Shown here: positions 22,801 to 36,188 of the stretch, piece by piece
Position numbering within the stretch: position 1 is the stretch's first letter
How the letters are laid out: each line of letters begins with the position of its first letter
Assembly: GCA_958009085.1 (NCBI GenBank)
Contig: OY253679.1
Location: 124,001 to 188,000, forward strand
DNA: 64,000 nucleotides
Direction: 5' to 3'
Source: Protoeuglena noctilucae
Taxonomy: Eukaryota
Notes under the pieces: model-generated
What the model was told of the DNA's origin: nothing
The model's input: only the letters and a program-made list of their open reading frames with translations
Databases searched by the model: none
Position numbers and translations under genes: made by a program

Positions 22801-25800
22801 CGCCACCCCCCTTGACTCCCCATCCCCATCCACATCCGTGCTCCCCTCCCCCGCACCCTCCGAAGCACCCACCCAGCTTCCCCCGGCGCCCCGCGGCCCG
22901 ATCCGCGCACCCGACCCGCTTTCCACCACAGGGGACAACCCCGCGGGCCCAACGGCAACCCCATTACCACCCCCACTACCACCTGCACCAATACCCACAC
23001 CCCCACCCCCACCCGCACCACCAGCCCCACTTGCACCGTTCGGCACCGCCGCCCACCCCCTCTGCGGCGGCTGCAGCTCCAGCGACGGCGCCACGCGCCT
23101 CACAGAGACCGCGGAGTCGAGGGAGCGACGCGAGGGCGGGGGGTCCATCGATAGCCTTAGCGTGTCTTGCGAATTACGCCCAGCTGCAGCTGCGGCGGCG
23201 GTGCTTGCGCCCCATGCAAGTGCTGCGTCCGGGGCTGCGGTGTGCACAGCCACAGTGGGGTTAGGGCTATCGGCAGGGGCCACACGCCCGCTACGCCCGT
23301 TGGGGCCCGCCGCCACCGCCACCACCGGCGCAAACGTCATCCCCGCCCCTGTTGCCGTCACTGCTCCTGTTGTTGTTCCGTTTGCTGGGAACGGCGACTC
23401 TCCCGCAATCCCCGGCGCTACCCTGGCGCTCCCCGCGCCCCACCAGGCGCCGCCGGTTATAGCAGCCGGAATGGCGCGTGCGGCCGTGCGCCCCTCCCCG
23501 CCCCCACCCCCTCCCCCCGCACTGCTGTCGTCCCTATCGACACCCGTATCTGTGTTATGGCTGCGATCGTGGTCTCGTTCTCGCCCGTTCCTGCCCTGGG
23601 GCAGCGTGCTGGACCCGTGGCGGGAGGGGGTGAAGGCGTCGGATGGGCGGAGAGCTGAGGTCGTGTCGGGGAGGAGGAGGATGCCGCGGACTGAGAGAGG
23701 GAGAAGGGGTGAGGATGGGGTGAATGTTAATGTGAATGTGGGGTGTTGATGTTAGGTGTAATATGACGTGAGGGGTGTTGATGTGAGGGGTCAGTGGGTG
23801 TGGGGTGTTGCTGTGAGAGGGGGGAGGCGGTGTCGGGGAAGAGGAGGATGCCACGGACTGAGGGGGGAGGGGGATGGGGAGGGTGGGTGATGTGAGGGAT
23901 GGGGTGAATGTGGGGTGTTGATGTGAGGGGTGTTGATGTGAGGGGTGTTGATATGAGAGGTGTTGATGTGAGGTGTCGGGACATCACGACGTGGCACCCC
24001 GCGTCGACGGATGCAAGTGACACTAACATGCGCCTGTCTCTGGCCATTTCCCATCAGTCTCATCTCGCCTGTCTGCGTGCCCACGGACGATGCCGGCCCC
24101 TGGTCCCCCCAGGGCGGTCCGCTCTCAGGGGCAGACACGGAAGGGGAAGGCGCGGCTGGGGGGATGAGAAGGGAGGTGGCAGTGAGGAGTGCTGAGTAGT
24201 GAGAGAGGTGGTAAGTGATTGGTTCAAGCTGCCACCTAATTGCTCCCCGCTCACCTGCTTGGTCCATGGCCTCACTGCCCGTCCACCTGCAGCAGCCTCA
24301 GCACAACCACAGTGTTCTTTGAAGCTGTTCCCTTCCTAGTATCACTGCCCGTCCGCCTGCAGCAGCCTGAGCTTGGCCGCCGTGTCTTTGAAGCTCTCCC
24401 GCCTCCCCAGCACGGGCTTGGGAAGCGGCGCGGCTCCCTCGGCGTCCCCCTCCGCCAGCGACGGCAGCGATGGCACGCGGGTGTCCAAGTGCGTGGGGGA
24501 GGAGAGGTCACCGCCGGAGCTTGGGCGCTTGATGCTCGCGGACACGCCCAGGCGCTTCTGTGGGGGGGAGTGGGGTGGGGTGGGTGGTTAGGTGGATGTT
24601 GGGAGGTGGCTATCGTGTCATGCACATGTGACATATGAAGCGGGGGGTAGATGATGGCAGTCCGTGGCGCTCCGTCCCCCCCTCTCTACTTCGACAATTG
24701 CAATACAAACAGTGCAGGACAGCTCTCGCCTGCGACAGGCTCTTGAGCGCCTTGAGTCGGTCCGTCTCCGTCACACGCACGGGCTCGGCAGCCCCAGCGC
24801 TACCACCAGCAGCTGAGGTGGTGGCGCCGATCTCGGCGTTGTCAGTGTCGATCCCAGCGGTTGCGATAGCGTTGGGGCTGGTCGAGGCGAGATAAGGGCT
24901 GGGGGCGGTGAGGTCGTGGTCGTCTTTTTCAAATGGGTCGCCCAGTGCGTCCTCGGTGAGACTCGAATTCGGGATCACCGCGTGGTCCTCGTGGTAAATC
25001 TGGGGAGATGTGAAAAAGAGAATCCAGGTGAGAGTCGAAGGGGGGGACCGCAGACGCGACGCAACAGGGTGAGGGGAGACAAAAGACAGAGGCCAGTGCC
25101 AACAGCGGACTCCTAGTCCCTGACCAATTGACATGAGCATTCGTGCCAGCATCGCACATCTAGCAACTCGTGCGTCCATCGTGCTCTGCCCCGGTGTGCA
25201 TGGCAACCCCCCTCTCGCCTGCGACCCCCTTCGGCGGAAGGAGAGGCTCCGCAGCGCCGCCTCCTTGGTCCCCTGCGACACGGGACCGACCGACGCGGCC
25301 GGGGCGGGGCGGGGCGGCGCTTCGCCGGACGGCGCACCCTTCAGTGACCGCAGCCGCAGCAGCCCCGGGCGTGCGGGGGGCGAGGAGTCCTGCTCCCCCG
25401 GGCTCTCCGCGTCTTGTGACGCTTCGGATTCCTCCTCAGGGTCCCGCTGCTGCGACGCGGACACGCCCAGGCGCCGGGAGCGGAACGACGCGATCGCTTG
25501 CAAAGGGGCGGCGGGGGTGGGGCGCGAGGCGGGGGTGCGGGAGGAGGGGGAGCGGTCGGGGGAGAGGGGGGAGGACTCGCGCGCGGTCACGAACGACGGG
25601 TCGGCTGCGGGGTGGCGGATGGGAAGGTTGAGTTGGCACATGGCACGTGGCGACAATCAGTGGCGCTAGCTGCCGGCGCAGCCCTGGCCCACCTTGCGCG
25701 GGTCCCGCGCGCGCGGCTGGGCTCAGGAGCGACGCGGGGCGCGGGCGCGCGTCGCCGTGGGAGGTTGGCGCGGTGGGCGAGGGGGAGGGGGAGGGGCTCG

Positions 25801-26400
25801 AGCGGGCGACGGGCGGCGCGTCAGCGCCGGTCGCGAGGAAGGGGGGCTGGCGGTCGAGAGCGGACGGGTGGCGGGCCCCGGGAATCACGGGAGTTCCGGA
25901 AACGGGGTCTGTCTGGGCGGAGGGGGCCTGGCGCTTGCCCTTGCTGCTGCTGGACCGCTTCTTGCGCGGCTTGGGGGGGTCGATGCGGTCGTGGATGAAG
26001 CGCGCGAGGGCTCTGCGGGAGAGGAAAAACGTTTAGATGTGAAAGGATGCGACGGCGGGGTGCGCGGCGCCGCAGGGGAGGCTGGGCCGGCGCAGGCGCC
26101 CTAGCTGTCGTCGCACGGAGCCAACGCCGCTCCGGTGAGGTCCGGAAGGTCCCTCCGCTGCACGCGGCATGCGCAGTAGGCGATTGTCACCTAAGGGCGA
26201 TGAGACCGAGGATCCACGGCGCGGCGCGAGCGGCGAGCTGTCCCAGCGGCTGGGGCGGGGACGGGCCCATCGGACGTGCGGAGGGGGGCGCGTCCTCTCC
26301 TGGACTCGTACGCTGCGGAAACAACGTAAGTACAGGAAGTCCCCCGGCGCATCGCGGGGCTCGTGCACGGCCGCCGCGCGCGGGTCAGGCCTCTCGCAAG
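19900..26400 (-). CDS. Long multi-exon gene for an uncharacterised low-complexity Ser/Pro/Gly-rich protein; both ends uncertain
   Basis: Phase-consistent exons, e.g. ALARFIHDRIDPPKPRKKRSS (about 26014-25694), ...LRSLSFRRRGSQ|IYHEDH...LKSLSQ|KRLGVSAS, VRGILLLPD..., APLHSTLHRIHSLESLIR. GC donors at 25218, 24729, 24068 and 21373. No domain recognised. Confidence 0.6.
23740..23975 (+). repeat. Intronic minisatellite, unit about GGGGTGTTGATGTGA (15 bp)
   Basis: About four near-tandem units at 23912-23972 plus scattered copies at about 23740 and 23773. Confidence 0.8.
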
Positions 26401-27451
26401 GGTGGGAAAGCGCAAAGCCGCTGCAGCGCTGCGGCTGGCCTAGAAAGGAGAAACGCCATGGGTGACTTTCCACGAAAAAGGACAACGCGACAACTGGGAA
26501 ATGGGAGGCCGAAGAGGCCAGCGCGCCGCGGCCAACTCCGGCACGCTCGCATGCGTGGAATGGCAGCCCTGGTGCAGGGACAAGCGGGGCGCAAGGGCAG
26601 GACTGAGACGAGCGTGGGCCCGAGCGCGTTGCACGCTGTCTACAGCGCCCGGAAGAGCCAACGGGCCAACAACCCCGGGACCGCGCGCTCCTGCGAAAAG
26701 GTCCGCGCGTTCACCAAAGCCGGCGAGGCGAGTAAGTAAAGAGTTGATTATCCCCGCAGGATCCACGGTGGAAACGGGGGTGCGTGCGAGCGATTGGTGC
26801 GCGGGATCGCGGCGTGTCGCTCACCAAGTTTCCTGACGATCCCTCAAGATAAAGCTGTGAACGGGACAATCAGCTCATCATCCTCCCCTCGGCGAGCGGC
26901 CGAGCCAACTCTCAAGGCGAGCCAATTTTCTGACGTCAGAATTCCTGTTGCTTTTTAAGAACAAAGCCGATTTCGACGCGGGCTTATGCGCGGAGTGCGC
27001 GTTCATGCGTCTGTCGAATCGGCAGGGCGCGCGGTCGGACCACCAGCCCCACCTATCACCCGCACTTGGCCCGTGCGCGAGCGCTACCCACATCTTGGCA
27101 TGAAGCGGCCGGCGGCGGCAAAGGCGGGCGCGGCTGAAAAGGTGAATGGCCTCGCCGTTGCTCCGAGACAGCCACGGACGCTCTGCCTGCGTCCGCTCGA
27201 CGCTGTGCGCGTAGCAATTCTTCGGAGCTCTTCCATCGCCGCCCTGCTGATTTTCTCCACCGCCGCGCGAGCGTTGGGGCTTTGCGGTCGCGTATCGATA
27301 TCGCGCCGCGTTGTTGCAAGACCAAGGAGCCCGTAGTGCAACGACCGCACGTCCCTGGGTTTGTGCGGGAGGCATGGCGCCCTGCGAGGGCCCGCCAGGT
27401 CTCCCACGCTTTCTCAGCGACACGCTGCGAACTCAAACGCAGGAGAAGGCG

Positions 27452-30400
27452 ATGCGTCGGAGCATGGAGGCCGGGCCCTCGGACGCGGGGGCGCCGAGCG
27501 AGGAGTGGCAGTGCCCCGCGTGCACGTTCCGCAACGCGTCCGACGCCGCCCGCTGCGACATGTGCGGGACGTCCAGAGGTGTGTCGGATCGACGCGCGCG
27601 CGCGAGGCCGGCGTCGCTCTGCCGCGTGCGAAGGGGGGCGCAGGTCGCATCGCGATTCCCTCGCCGCTGCAGGATCCGGGGCCGGTCCCCGCGTCTCGGA
27701 GGACCGCAGCGACGACGATTACGAAATGACATACGAATCGGACGGTGAGCGGCGATGGCGAGAGGTCGCGCTCGCCCCGCAGGCCCCATAAGAGCCCGGA
27801 ATGCAGCCATCCCCGCCTGCCGCGCCACGCCCCGCCACGCCCCGCCCTCTCTTGTTCCCAGAATCTGCGGAAGCGGGATCGGAGCCGGATGAGGAGCCGG
27901 ACAGCGACAGCGGCAGCGAGAGCGAGAGCGTGGATGCCGGTGGAGGAAAGGCGGTTGCACCCACCCCTGCCTTCCAATGCGCCGCGTGCCACGCCGCCTG
28001 CCCGTCCATGTCCCACGTATTGCGCACGTCGCAATCGCGGCAACTCTGCTGCGTGCCCTGGTGAGACGCCCCACGCTTCTGGCCCGGCCATTCCCCTTCA
28101 CTCTCCGTCTCCCCATCGCAACACCATGCAACAGCAGCTGGTGCCTGCCTTTATACCCACCCTGTTTCCCCATGCTCTCGTTCACTTTCTCTCACCCACT
28201 TACCCGCTCCCTGCCCCACCTGCCCTCACCCCCTCACCACCCCACCACCCCACCACCTCACCCCCTCACCCACCCCCTCCCCCTCCCCAGCCTCGTCCGC
28301 GCCTGCGAGTCCGCTCTTCGCAACACCGTCCGACTGGCAGACGCCCACCCTATCCCCGAAGACCCCACTACGTCAGACGCACCACCAACAACCACCACTC
28401 CCGCCTCTGCCACTAAGAAACCCGGCGCTGCCTTAGTCAAGTCCGCAACACCCAAGTCCGCACCCACCACCCCCGCACACGCAATCAATGCACCCGCACC
28501 CTCGCCCGCATCTGCCAGCAAGGCAGCGGCCGCCGACGGCCCCCCTCCCGGCCCCTTGCGCCCCACAGCGCCCGGCCTGACCCTCGCATCGCTGCAGTCG
28601 CTCTTCTGCAACCCAGCGGACAACACGCCGCTGTCAGCTAACGACGTGCTCGCCATCGGCGGCGCGGGGCTGTTGCTCCATGCCTGTGCGCTCCTGCGCC
28701 CTCTGTCAGAACGTGCTGTGCTGGACCAGTCATCTACCGGGCGCCTGATTGCGAGCGTGTGGCAGCTGCGTGCGCTGTCGGGCGTGGATGCCGAGCCGGA
28801 CGCGGTTGCGTTGCTGGAGGGGGAGTGGGCGCAGGGGCTGCGGGGGCGGGCGGGGGTGGCGGCGGGGGCGGCGAGCGGGGCGGGGGCGGGGGAGGGTGCT
28901 GGGGTGGCGGCGGGGGGTGCGGGTGCGGGTGGTGTGAAGGGGGGTGCGCGTGGTGGGGGTGGGACGGGATATGAGCCTGAGAGGGACAGCAAAGACACGG
29001 CGGTGCTGATGACGATGCGCAAGATGCAGAAGCTGCAGCGGGACACGGGTGAGTGAGTGACTGAGTGATGGCAGTGGGTGAGTGAGTGGCGATGGCGAGA
29101 GGTGGCGGGGTGCAGCGCTCACAGCCAAGTGTCGCTGGCTATCACCCTCGTTGCACAGCTCATATTCTTCTTATTACTCTTATCCAATATAACTCTTCCC
29201 ATATCCTCTCTATTCAGACCGTGTGATGGCGGAGGTGCTGAAGGAGGTCAACGACGCGTTGGACGAGCTCACGGGGCTGTACCCGGAGGCACCCAGGTGC
29301 GATGAGAGTCGTTGCTTGATTTTGATCACATACTACGATCGCATATACTGTGATTGCACACTCGTGTGTGCTTACATTGGCTTGCATTCACTTACCGTTT
29401 GACAATCCCATTCATCCCTTTCCAATCTACCATTTCCAAAACCCACCATTCCCTCTCCTCTCCTCTCCTTTCCCACAGATGGGACTGTTCCGACATCGAC
29501 CTGCCCCTCCCCGCATTGGCCTCGCTGTTATGCGGGGGCGTCCCTCAAGTCCTCTCCTCCCTCCTCTCTTGCTCCATGGCAGCGATTGCTGAGCGCATTT
29601 CTCTCGTCCGGCGCGCTCTGACGCTCCTGCGTGCTTGCGCCAGCCACCGCCCGCTTCTGCCGATCGTGGGGCTGCCCGAGGGGGCGCTGCGGTGTGCGGT
29701 GGGGAGCGCGGTGGCGGCGAGGGGCCTCGCGGATTGGGGTGAGAGGTTTTGGGGGGAATGGGGGGAATGCGAGGGTCGATTGGTGGTGGGTATCATGGGA
29801 TGGGGGGTGGGGGGGTCGGGAGATCGTTTGGGGGATGGTGGATGGATGGTTGGTATCACACACTTTATCCCATACCAACCCAATTGCATGTATCTATTCT
29901 AATCCGATCACAAGTATCAACTCGACCCCGCACCCCTTCCCCTCCACCCCCTCCACCATTCCAGGCCCTTCCGTGATGGCGCGCCTGTCCGAGCGCGGTC
30001 AGCAGGCGGCCATGCTCCTGAAAATGCCGTGCGGGGATTCGGAGGAGGAGATGGGGATGCACGTGTGCGCGGGTGAGATATGAGTGTTTGTTGGGAAGTA
30101 AGATAGAGATAAGAGAGATGGGGATGCACGGTGTGCAGGTGGGTGTGGGTGCATGTGGGCGTGGGTAGCAGTGCGGGTGTGGGTGCATGTGCGGGTGAGT
30201 GTGGATAGCAAGCGCACCTCACCCCCACCCCTCTGCCCATCCAGCTAACACTCAAACTGACCACATATGACCACTGCCCCATTTACTACCCCATCCGCTC
30301 CCCCATTTGACAGTCAAACTGACCACATATTACCACTGCCTCATCCACTCCTTCCCCATCCGCTCCCCCCTCTCCCCACCCTCGCAGCCGACGTCAACAG

Positions 30401-33391
30401 CTCTTACAACCAGAGCTCGCTGTCGGTGCTGCAATGGCAGGGTATGTGCCGGGACGCCATGTGTGGGGAAATCCAGACATTCGCGACATCTAATGGGGTG
30501 CAATGGGGTGGCGCTGCACATGCCACTGCTTCTGCAGCTGCGGGTGGGGTGGGCGGTGCGGGTGCGACGGGCGGGGGGGTCGGCGGTGGGGGCAAGGAGG
30601 GGAGGAGGCAGGAGGGGGGTCGCGGGGGTGTGGATGCGGCGCCAGCGGCAGCGGACGGTAATGGTGGGAGTGGTAATGGTGTTGGTGTTGGTGTTAATAA
30701 TAACAATGGCAAAGCGGGGCCGTCGGGGTCGCGGGGTGGGGGCGACGATTATGCAAGGAGGATGGCGGCGTTCCGGTGAGCGAAATGAGGGAACAATAGT
30801 AGTATACTAAGTAGACATGTATTTAGTAGATGTGTACTAAACAATAGTCACTAGAACAATACCATTACACCACCCACCACCCACTCCTTCCGCTCCCACT
30901 CTCACTCACCCTTTCATCCCATCACCCCCAATCATCACACTTGTTCAATACTCGCCATCACCTGTCATCTCGACCCCCCCTCATCGAGACCGATTTGAGC
31001 ACCACCCACTTCTCCCGCCCGCACCTCACTCACCACCCCCACTTCCATCTCAATACTCTCATTCACGACCATCACCCCTTATCCCCATCCCCATGGCAGT
31101 CTGATCGAGGCCGACCTCAGCACCACCCACTACTTCCGCTCGCACCTCACCACTTCCGCATCCATGGGCGGCGACCAGCGCCGTCGGTGGAACAGACGCG
31201 TGCAATCGGAGATATCCACATTGGCCACGAATCTCCCATTGCACATGGACTCTGCCGTGTTGATGGCCTACGACCCGCGGCACCTGGCGCTCATGCGGTG
31301 AGGGTGCTGGGTTGAAGAGGGAATGTAGTAGATCTGTATAGTACTATTATGGGAACAGGTAAGTGGCACGCGATCCCAGGCTACCAGAGGTAGATACGAG
31401 AGTGATTAGATGGTAATAAAATTGATATTATGTTTTAATAATAGATCATACAAGTTACTCATTACCCCTCAACCCCTCCCCCCCCAGCGTTCTCATCTTC
31501 CCTTCTCCCGACACCCCCTATGCCCACGGGGCTTTCTTGTTCGACCTCTATCTCCCCGACAGCTACCCCAGCCGGCCGCCCATGATGCAGTTTCTGACAA
31601 CTGGGTCGGGGAGGGTCAGGTTCAACCCCAACCTCTACAACAGCGGGAAGGTGAGGGGTGGAGTGGGGGGGGGGGGGGGGGGGGGGGCTGTTATGTGGGT
31701 GAGAGAAGAGGGGTGAGTGAGATCCGACCCCCACCACCACCCCTCTTATTACCACCACCCCCACCCCCACTGCCACCCTCACTGCCACCCTCAACCCCCC
31801 CCCATCCTCAGGTCTGCCTGTCCCTCCTAGGCACCTGGCAAGGCCCCAGCTGGGACCCCATGCTATCGAGCATCGAGCAGGTATTGTTGAGTATCCAGAG
31901 CATGGTGTTCTGCGAGACGCCGTGGCTGAATGAGCCAGGACACCAAGTGCAAACCGCCAACGACCGGGCGTGCGCCCAGGACTACAACCGGGCCATTCGG
32001 TGAGGGGCAGCGGTAGTTGGTGTTGTGGGATTGATGATAAGCATTATTCTCTTATTTTTGTTGATGCGACGGTAACCGGGCCATAAGGTGAGGGGCCAGG
32101 GCATTGCTACTATTACGATAAGTGTAACTGTTATTATTACTATTACTATCACTACTACTACTGCCATTATTATTACTACTTCTACTCACTATTGCTATCA
32201 CTAGCAATTAGTATCAACACGTTTTAGTAATATATTGTTCTATCTTCCCCTCTCCCCAGGTACCACACCCTGGCGTTCGCCATCCTCCCCCACCTCCGCA
32301 AGTCAGATCCCGTGTTCGGCCCTGCTATTAAAGAGCATCTGCGCATCAAAGCGAATGCGATTAAAGCCACGGCAGAGGCATGGCTGCAGGAGCTGGGGCA
32401 GGAGGGGGGGGGCAGGGCGAGGCACGGGTGGCCCAGGACGCCGTTCGGGGGGGTGGTGAGTGGATATGGGGGTATTTGTGACAATAAGTACATTATATAT
32501 CTAATGTGTTGAATTGGCAGTCGATTGGTTGCTGTGGATGGGTGGGATGCGGTAAGCAAGACGTCGGTGGGGTATGAGTTTTGAGCGAATGGGCAGCGCT
32601 TGTGATGCGAGTACTGTTAACTAACCAGTAGTCCTTCTCTTGCCAATTAGGTGACGCTGGATGACGATTACGTGGCGAGGAGGACCGAGGAGGGCGGTGG
32701 GGATGGGGGCGGGGGGGTGGCACCTGTGGCGGGGGTGGGAGAGGAGTGGGACAGCGATGGGGGTGAGGGGGAGGGTGAGATTGATGGGAATAATGAGAGT
32801 GATGGGGATGAGGCGATGTCGGAAGATAACGGGGGAGAGGCGGCGGCAGGGGGTGCGAGCGGCGGTGGGGATGCGGGTGCGGGTGCGGGTGCGGGTGCGG
32901 GTGCGGGTGCGGGTGCGGGTGCGGGTGCGGGTGCGGGTGTGGGTGGTGGCAATGCGGGTGCGGGTGCGGGTGTGGGTGTTAACAGCGGCAGTGGCGGTGC
33001 GAACGGTGCGAATGGGGCAGCGGGTGGCAAGTCGTGGTGGTCGAGTGGCATCGCGTCGACGATCGAATCCTGGCGAAAGGGGGCCAAGGTGGGTGGGTGG
33101 GTGTGATGTATTGATAAGCGCCTTGTTCTTTTTTGCTATTGACATAAGGCTGGCATGGGGGTGCATGCACGGGACCACCATCCCATCCCATCGCATGCGC
33201 ACGCCATGCATCGTTACCAAAAATACACATGCAATAAGAGCCCACGCTGAGCTGGGTCGCGATATTCGTTAGTGTTATTGCGATCTGTCTCCCCCCCCCA
33301 GTCCGACTCATTTCTGGCGAAGATGGCGCTGCTGGTGGGGGCGGTGTCGGCGGGGCTGGACGCCATGGAGGGCAAACCGCAGGGGAAGTGA
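27452..33391 (+). CDS. NZF/RanBP2 zinc finger plus BIRC6/UBE2O-type ubiquitin-conjugating enzyme
   Basis: N-terminal WQCPACTFRNASDAARCDMC. UBC core LMRVLIFPSPDTPYAHGAFLFDLYLPDSYPSRPP...GRVRFNPNLYNSGK|VCLSLLGTWQGPSWDP...LLSIQSMVF.ETPWLNEPG, with catalytic Cys present. About 13 exons, ends TGA. Confidence 0.9.
32873..32970 (+). repeat. Coding (GCGGGT)n hexamer repeat encoding (Ala-Gly)n
   Basis: About 11 perfect units inside the exon starting at 32651 of the E2 gene. Confidence 0.9.
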
Positions 33392-34132
33392 GGGTATTAT
33401 ACCCAACAAGCAGGGTTATACCCAGCAACGGGGTTGTACCCGAAAGAACTGGGCTATACCTGACACAACTGGGCTTGGAAGTGGGAAGCAGGAAGTGAGG
33501 GCATCACAGCACGTTCGTTTGTTGCATGGTTGGTTGGACAAGTGCGGCACATCAGATGGCACTTGCAATTTTGGGTTGTTGGTTCGTTGACAGTTGCAGC
33601 TAAGTGTCGGCACGCGAGAGATGCCCGGTGCTGGATGCTGGCGGTGAAAGCGGGCGCGGCGTTTGAATTGAAGCATCCCCATTGCAGCAATTGCCACCGC
33701 CACTGCCACCTTGTTGCCACCCCCACTGCCACCCTCATCACCGCCCTCATTGCCACCCCCACCTGACCAGCGGGTGGCTGTGCGCTCCCACCTGGCTGCG
33801 ATGGCTGCGTGGCTGGTGCTGCATGTGTCGCTAACCCAGCACTGCCGATGACAAAAGCAGCCCCTCAGCCCACCATACAACGGGGCTGTAACTAAAGCGC
33901 AGAGGAGCCCGCGTGTGCCGAAAGTGATCGAAGAGTATCCAGATGAGAGATTAGTGGCCAGATAAGGATATATGGGCTTCAAACATATGCATGTAGCTAC
34001 CAAAGCAGTCGACCCTGCCTGCGGGCCCAACACAGCAGGCCTAAGCATAAAGCTACGCTTGCGCACTAGCACAGTGAGAGCCGTCGCCATCGCTTGCTGT
34101 TGCTGGAAGTCCTGGACACGCACCGTCGTTGC

Positions 34133-35616
34133 TCAGGGGAAGGCAGAGTTGATGAGGTTGTTGCCGCGGCCAGCCCCGCCGCCACCGCCGTTACCGTTGC
34201 CGGACTGCGCACTGCGGGGAGGGGCAGGCAGAAGGCTGTCATGCCAGCGCAAGCGGGGTGGCGCCAAGATTGCACATGCTTATGCCATCAAAGCAATGAA
34301 ACATGCTCGAAACCTGCGTGTATGTCGACTCACTTGGCCTGCGCGATGTTGCCGCCCCCGAAGCCGCCGTAGCCGCCGCCGAAACCACCACCGCCCATGG
34401 CCTGGTTGATGAGGTTGTTGCCGCGGCCAGCGCCACCAGCGAGCGCGCTGCGTATCAGAAAGCACGGCAGAGCGTCAAAGAGCGCTCAGGCAAGCAAGAG
34501 AGCAAGAGGCGCGGTCGGACAAGCCACGCTGCCTCACTTGATCTGCCCAACGTTGCCCCCGCCAAAGCCGCCATAGCCGCCGTAGCCACCGCCGTAGTAG
34601 CCGCCGTTGCCGCCGACAGCCTGGTTGATGAGGTTGTTGCCGCGGCCAGCGCCGCCCACGAGCGCGCTGCAGGTGAGGGCACATGGCAGCATGAGGGAGC
34701 GCCCGGGAGGCTGTGAGCAAGTGCGGCAGTCCGTGCCATGTCGCCTCACTTGATCTGCCCGACGTTGCCCCCGCCGAAGCCCCCACCACCGCCCAGGGCC
34801 TGGTTGATGAGGTTGTTGCCGCCGCCGCCGCCGCCCGTCAGCGCGCTGCGGTGTGATGGGGCGCGTGCCGCTAATGCCCCCATCTCCCCTGACGACTCGC
34901 TGCTCAGAGCACGCATCCTCCACTCGCCGTCGCAGCCGCGGGCGGGAGGGCGGCGCGCGGACTCACTTGATCTGGCCCACAGCGCCGCCGCCGAAGCCGC
35001 CGCCGAAGCCGCCGTTGCCGAGGGCCTGGTTGATGAGGTTGTTGCCGCGGCCCGCGCCGCCGCCGCCGCCGGCCTGGGCGCTGCGGGCGCCGAGGAGCAT
35101 GGACCGACTTGCAAGGCCGCGGCAAAAGCGTGCCGACATGCCACGCACGCACTCGCCGCACAGCCTGAGTCGCCGCGCTGCCCGCCCGCGCTGCCCGATG
35201 CATGAGCGCCGCGTCCATCGCACCCCGCGCATCCCCGCCCCGCCCCGCGCCGCGCTCACTTGGTCTGCCCGGTCTGCAGCAGGGTGCGGCTGGGCGCGTC
35301 GATGTCGATGTCGGGGAGCGCGGCTGCGGGCGAGGAGCGGGTGGCGGGTGGTCATCGCCCGACGCCGCTCGCTGCGCTGCTCAGTCCCCCCTCCCGACGT
35401 CTCCCCGCGCGCGGGGGCCGGCCCGACGGGTCGCACTCGCGAGGGCCCGCGCGGGCGGTGGGGGGCGTGGCCGGGCCCCGCGCGACCCGCAGCGCCCGCA
35501 TCGTCGACGGTCGCCCCGCTCCCGCCCCCTCAGGCCTCACCGCGCGTCGCCGACGCCGCCGCGACCACGAGGGCCAGGGCCAGGGCGACCGCCCGTATCG
35601 CGCGAAGGAGGGCCAT
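34133..35616 (-). CDS. Secreted Gly/Asn-rich repeat protein, copy 3 (5 repeats, different C-terminus)
   Basis: Inverted copy with near-identical promoter and first exons (M7I change). Extra exon ALAGGAGRGNNLINQAMGGGGFGGGYGGFGGGNIAQA and last exon AQSGNGNGGGGGAGRGNNLINSAFP*; no Tyr/Cys tail. Confidence 0.88.
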
Positions 35617-36188
35617 GGTGGGGTGGTCGGGTGCGGTGGCTGTCGGATCGGAGCGAGTCGCCGAGGATCTGTCGCCCGGCGGGGCCGCCCGGGCCTATTT
35701 GAGCCCCCGGGCGGGCCCCGAGGCCGCGGGCAAGTGTGCCAGGTCACGGGTCGGACGGGGGCGTGGCGTCGGACGGGGGGAGTGCGACGGGTGACGTGGA
35801 CGCGGGGGCAGCGCGGGAAGGGCTCAGGAGGCTGTGAATCGGTGAGTATCTTCAAAGATTTCAAGCCAGATAGTTTTTATGGCATGCAGGGTGCTTGAGC
35901 AGCCACCCTGGCCCCGCTTGCACACACAGACGTCATCCACAAGATCAATTACCTACAACCTTTTGCACAGCACCGCTCCCACGCCGCGGCCAGATGCAAA
36001 AAAGAGATTGGTTCGCTGACACGTCCTTGACTTGCACTATCCTGCGCCCGATTCCTCATGCTTTGCACATGATTGTTGCATCTAATCAACAGCACATGCT
36101 GCTGATGCCGTTGCATTGACCCCGCGGCGAGGGGAGGCCCCCCGGCACGTGTCATTGTGTCGCTCCCGTCTCTCCCGTCGCCATCGCC

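Noticed and set aside
26191..26193. A third in-frame TAG joining ORF 26415-26191 to the downstream frame
   Set aside because: The context ctcatcgcccttag is simply explained as a phase-0 splice acceptor.
33416..34123. 235-aa minus-strand ORF downstream of repeat copy 3
   Set aside because: No recognisable motif or codon bias; it sits between two convergent stops and is probably 3' UTR or intergenic.
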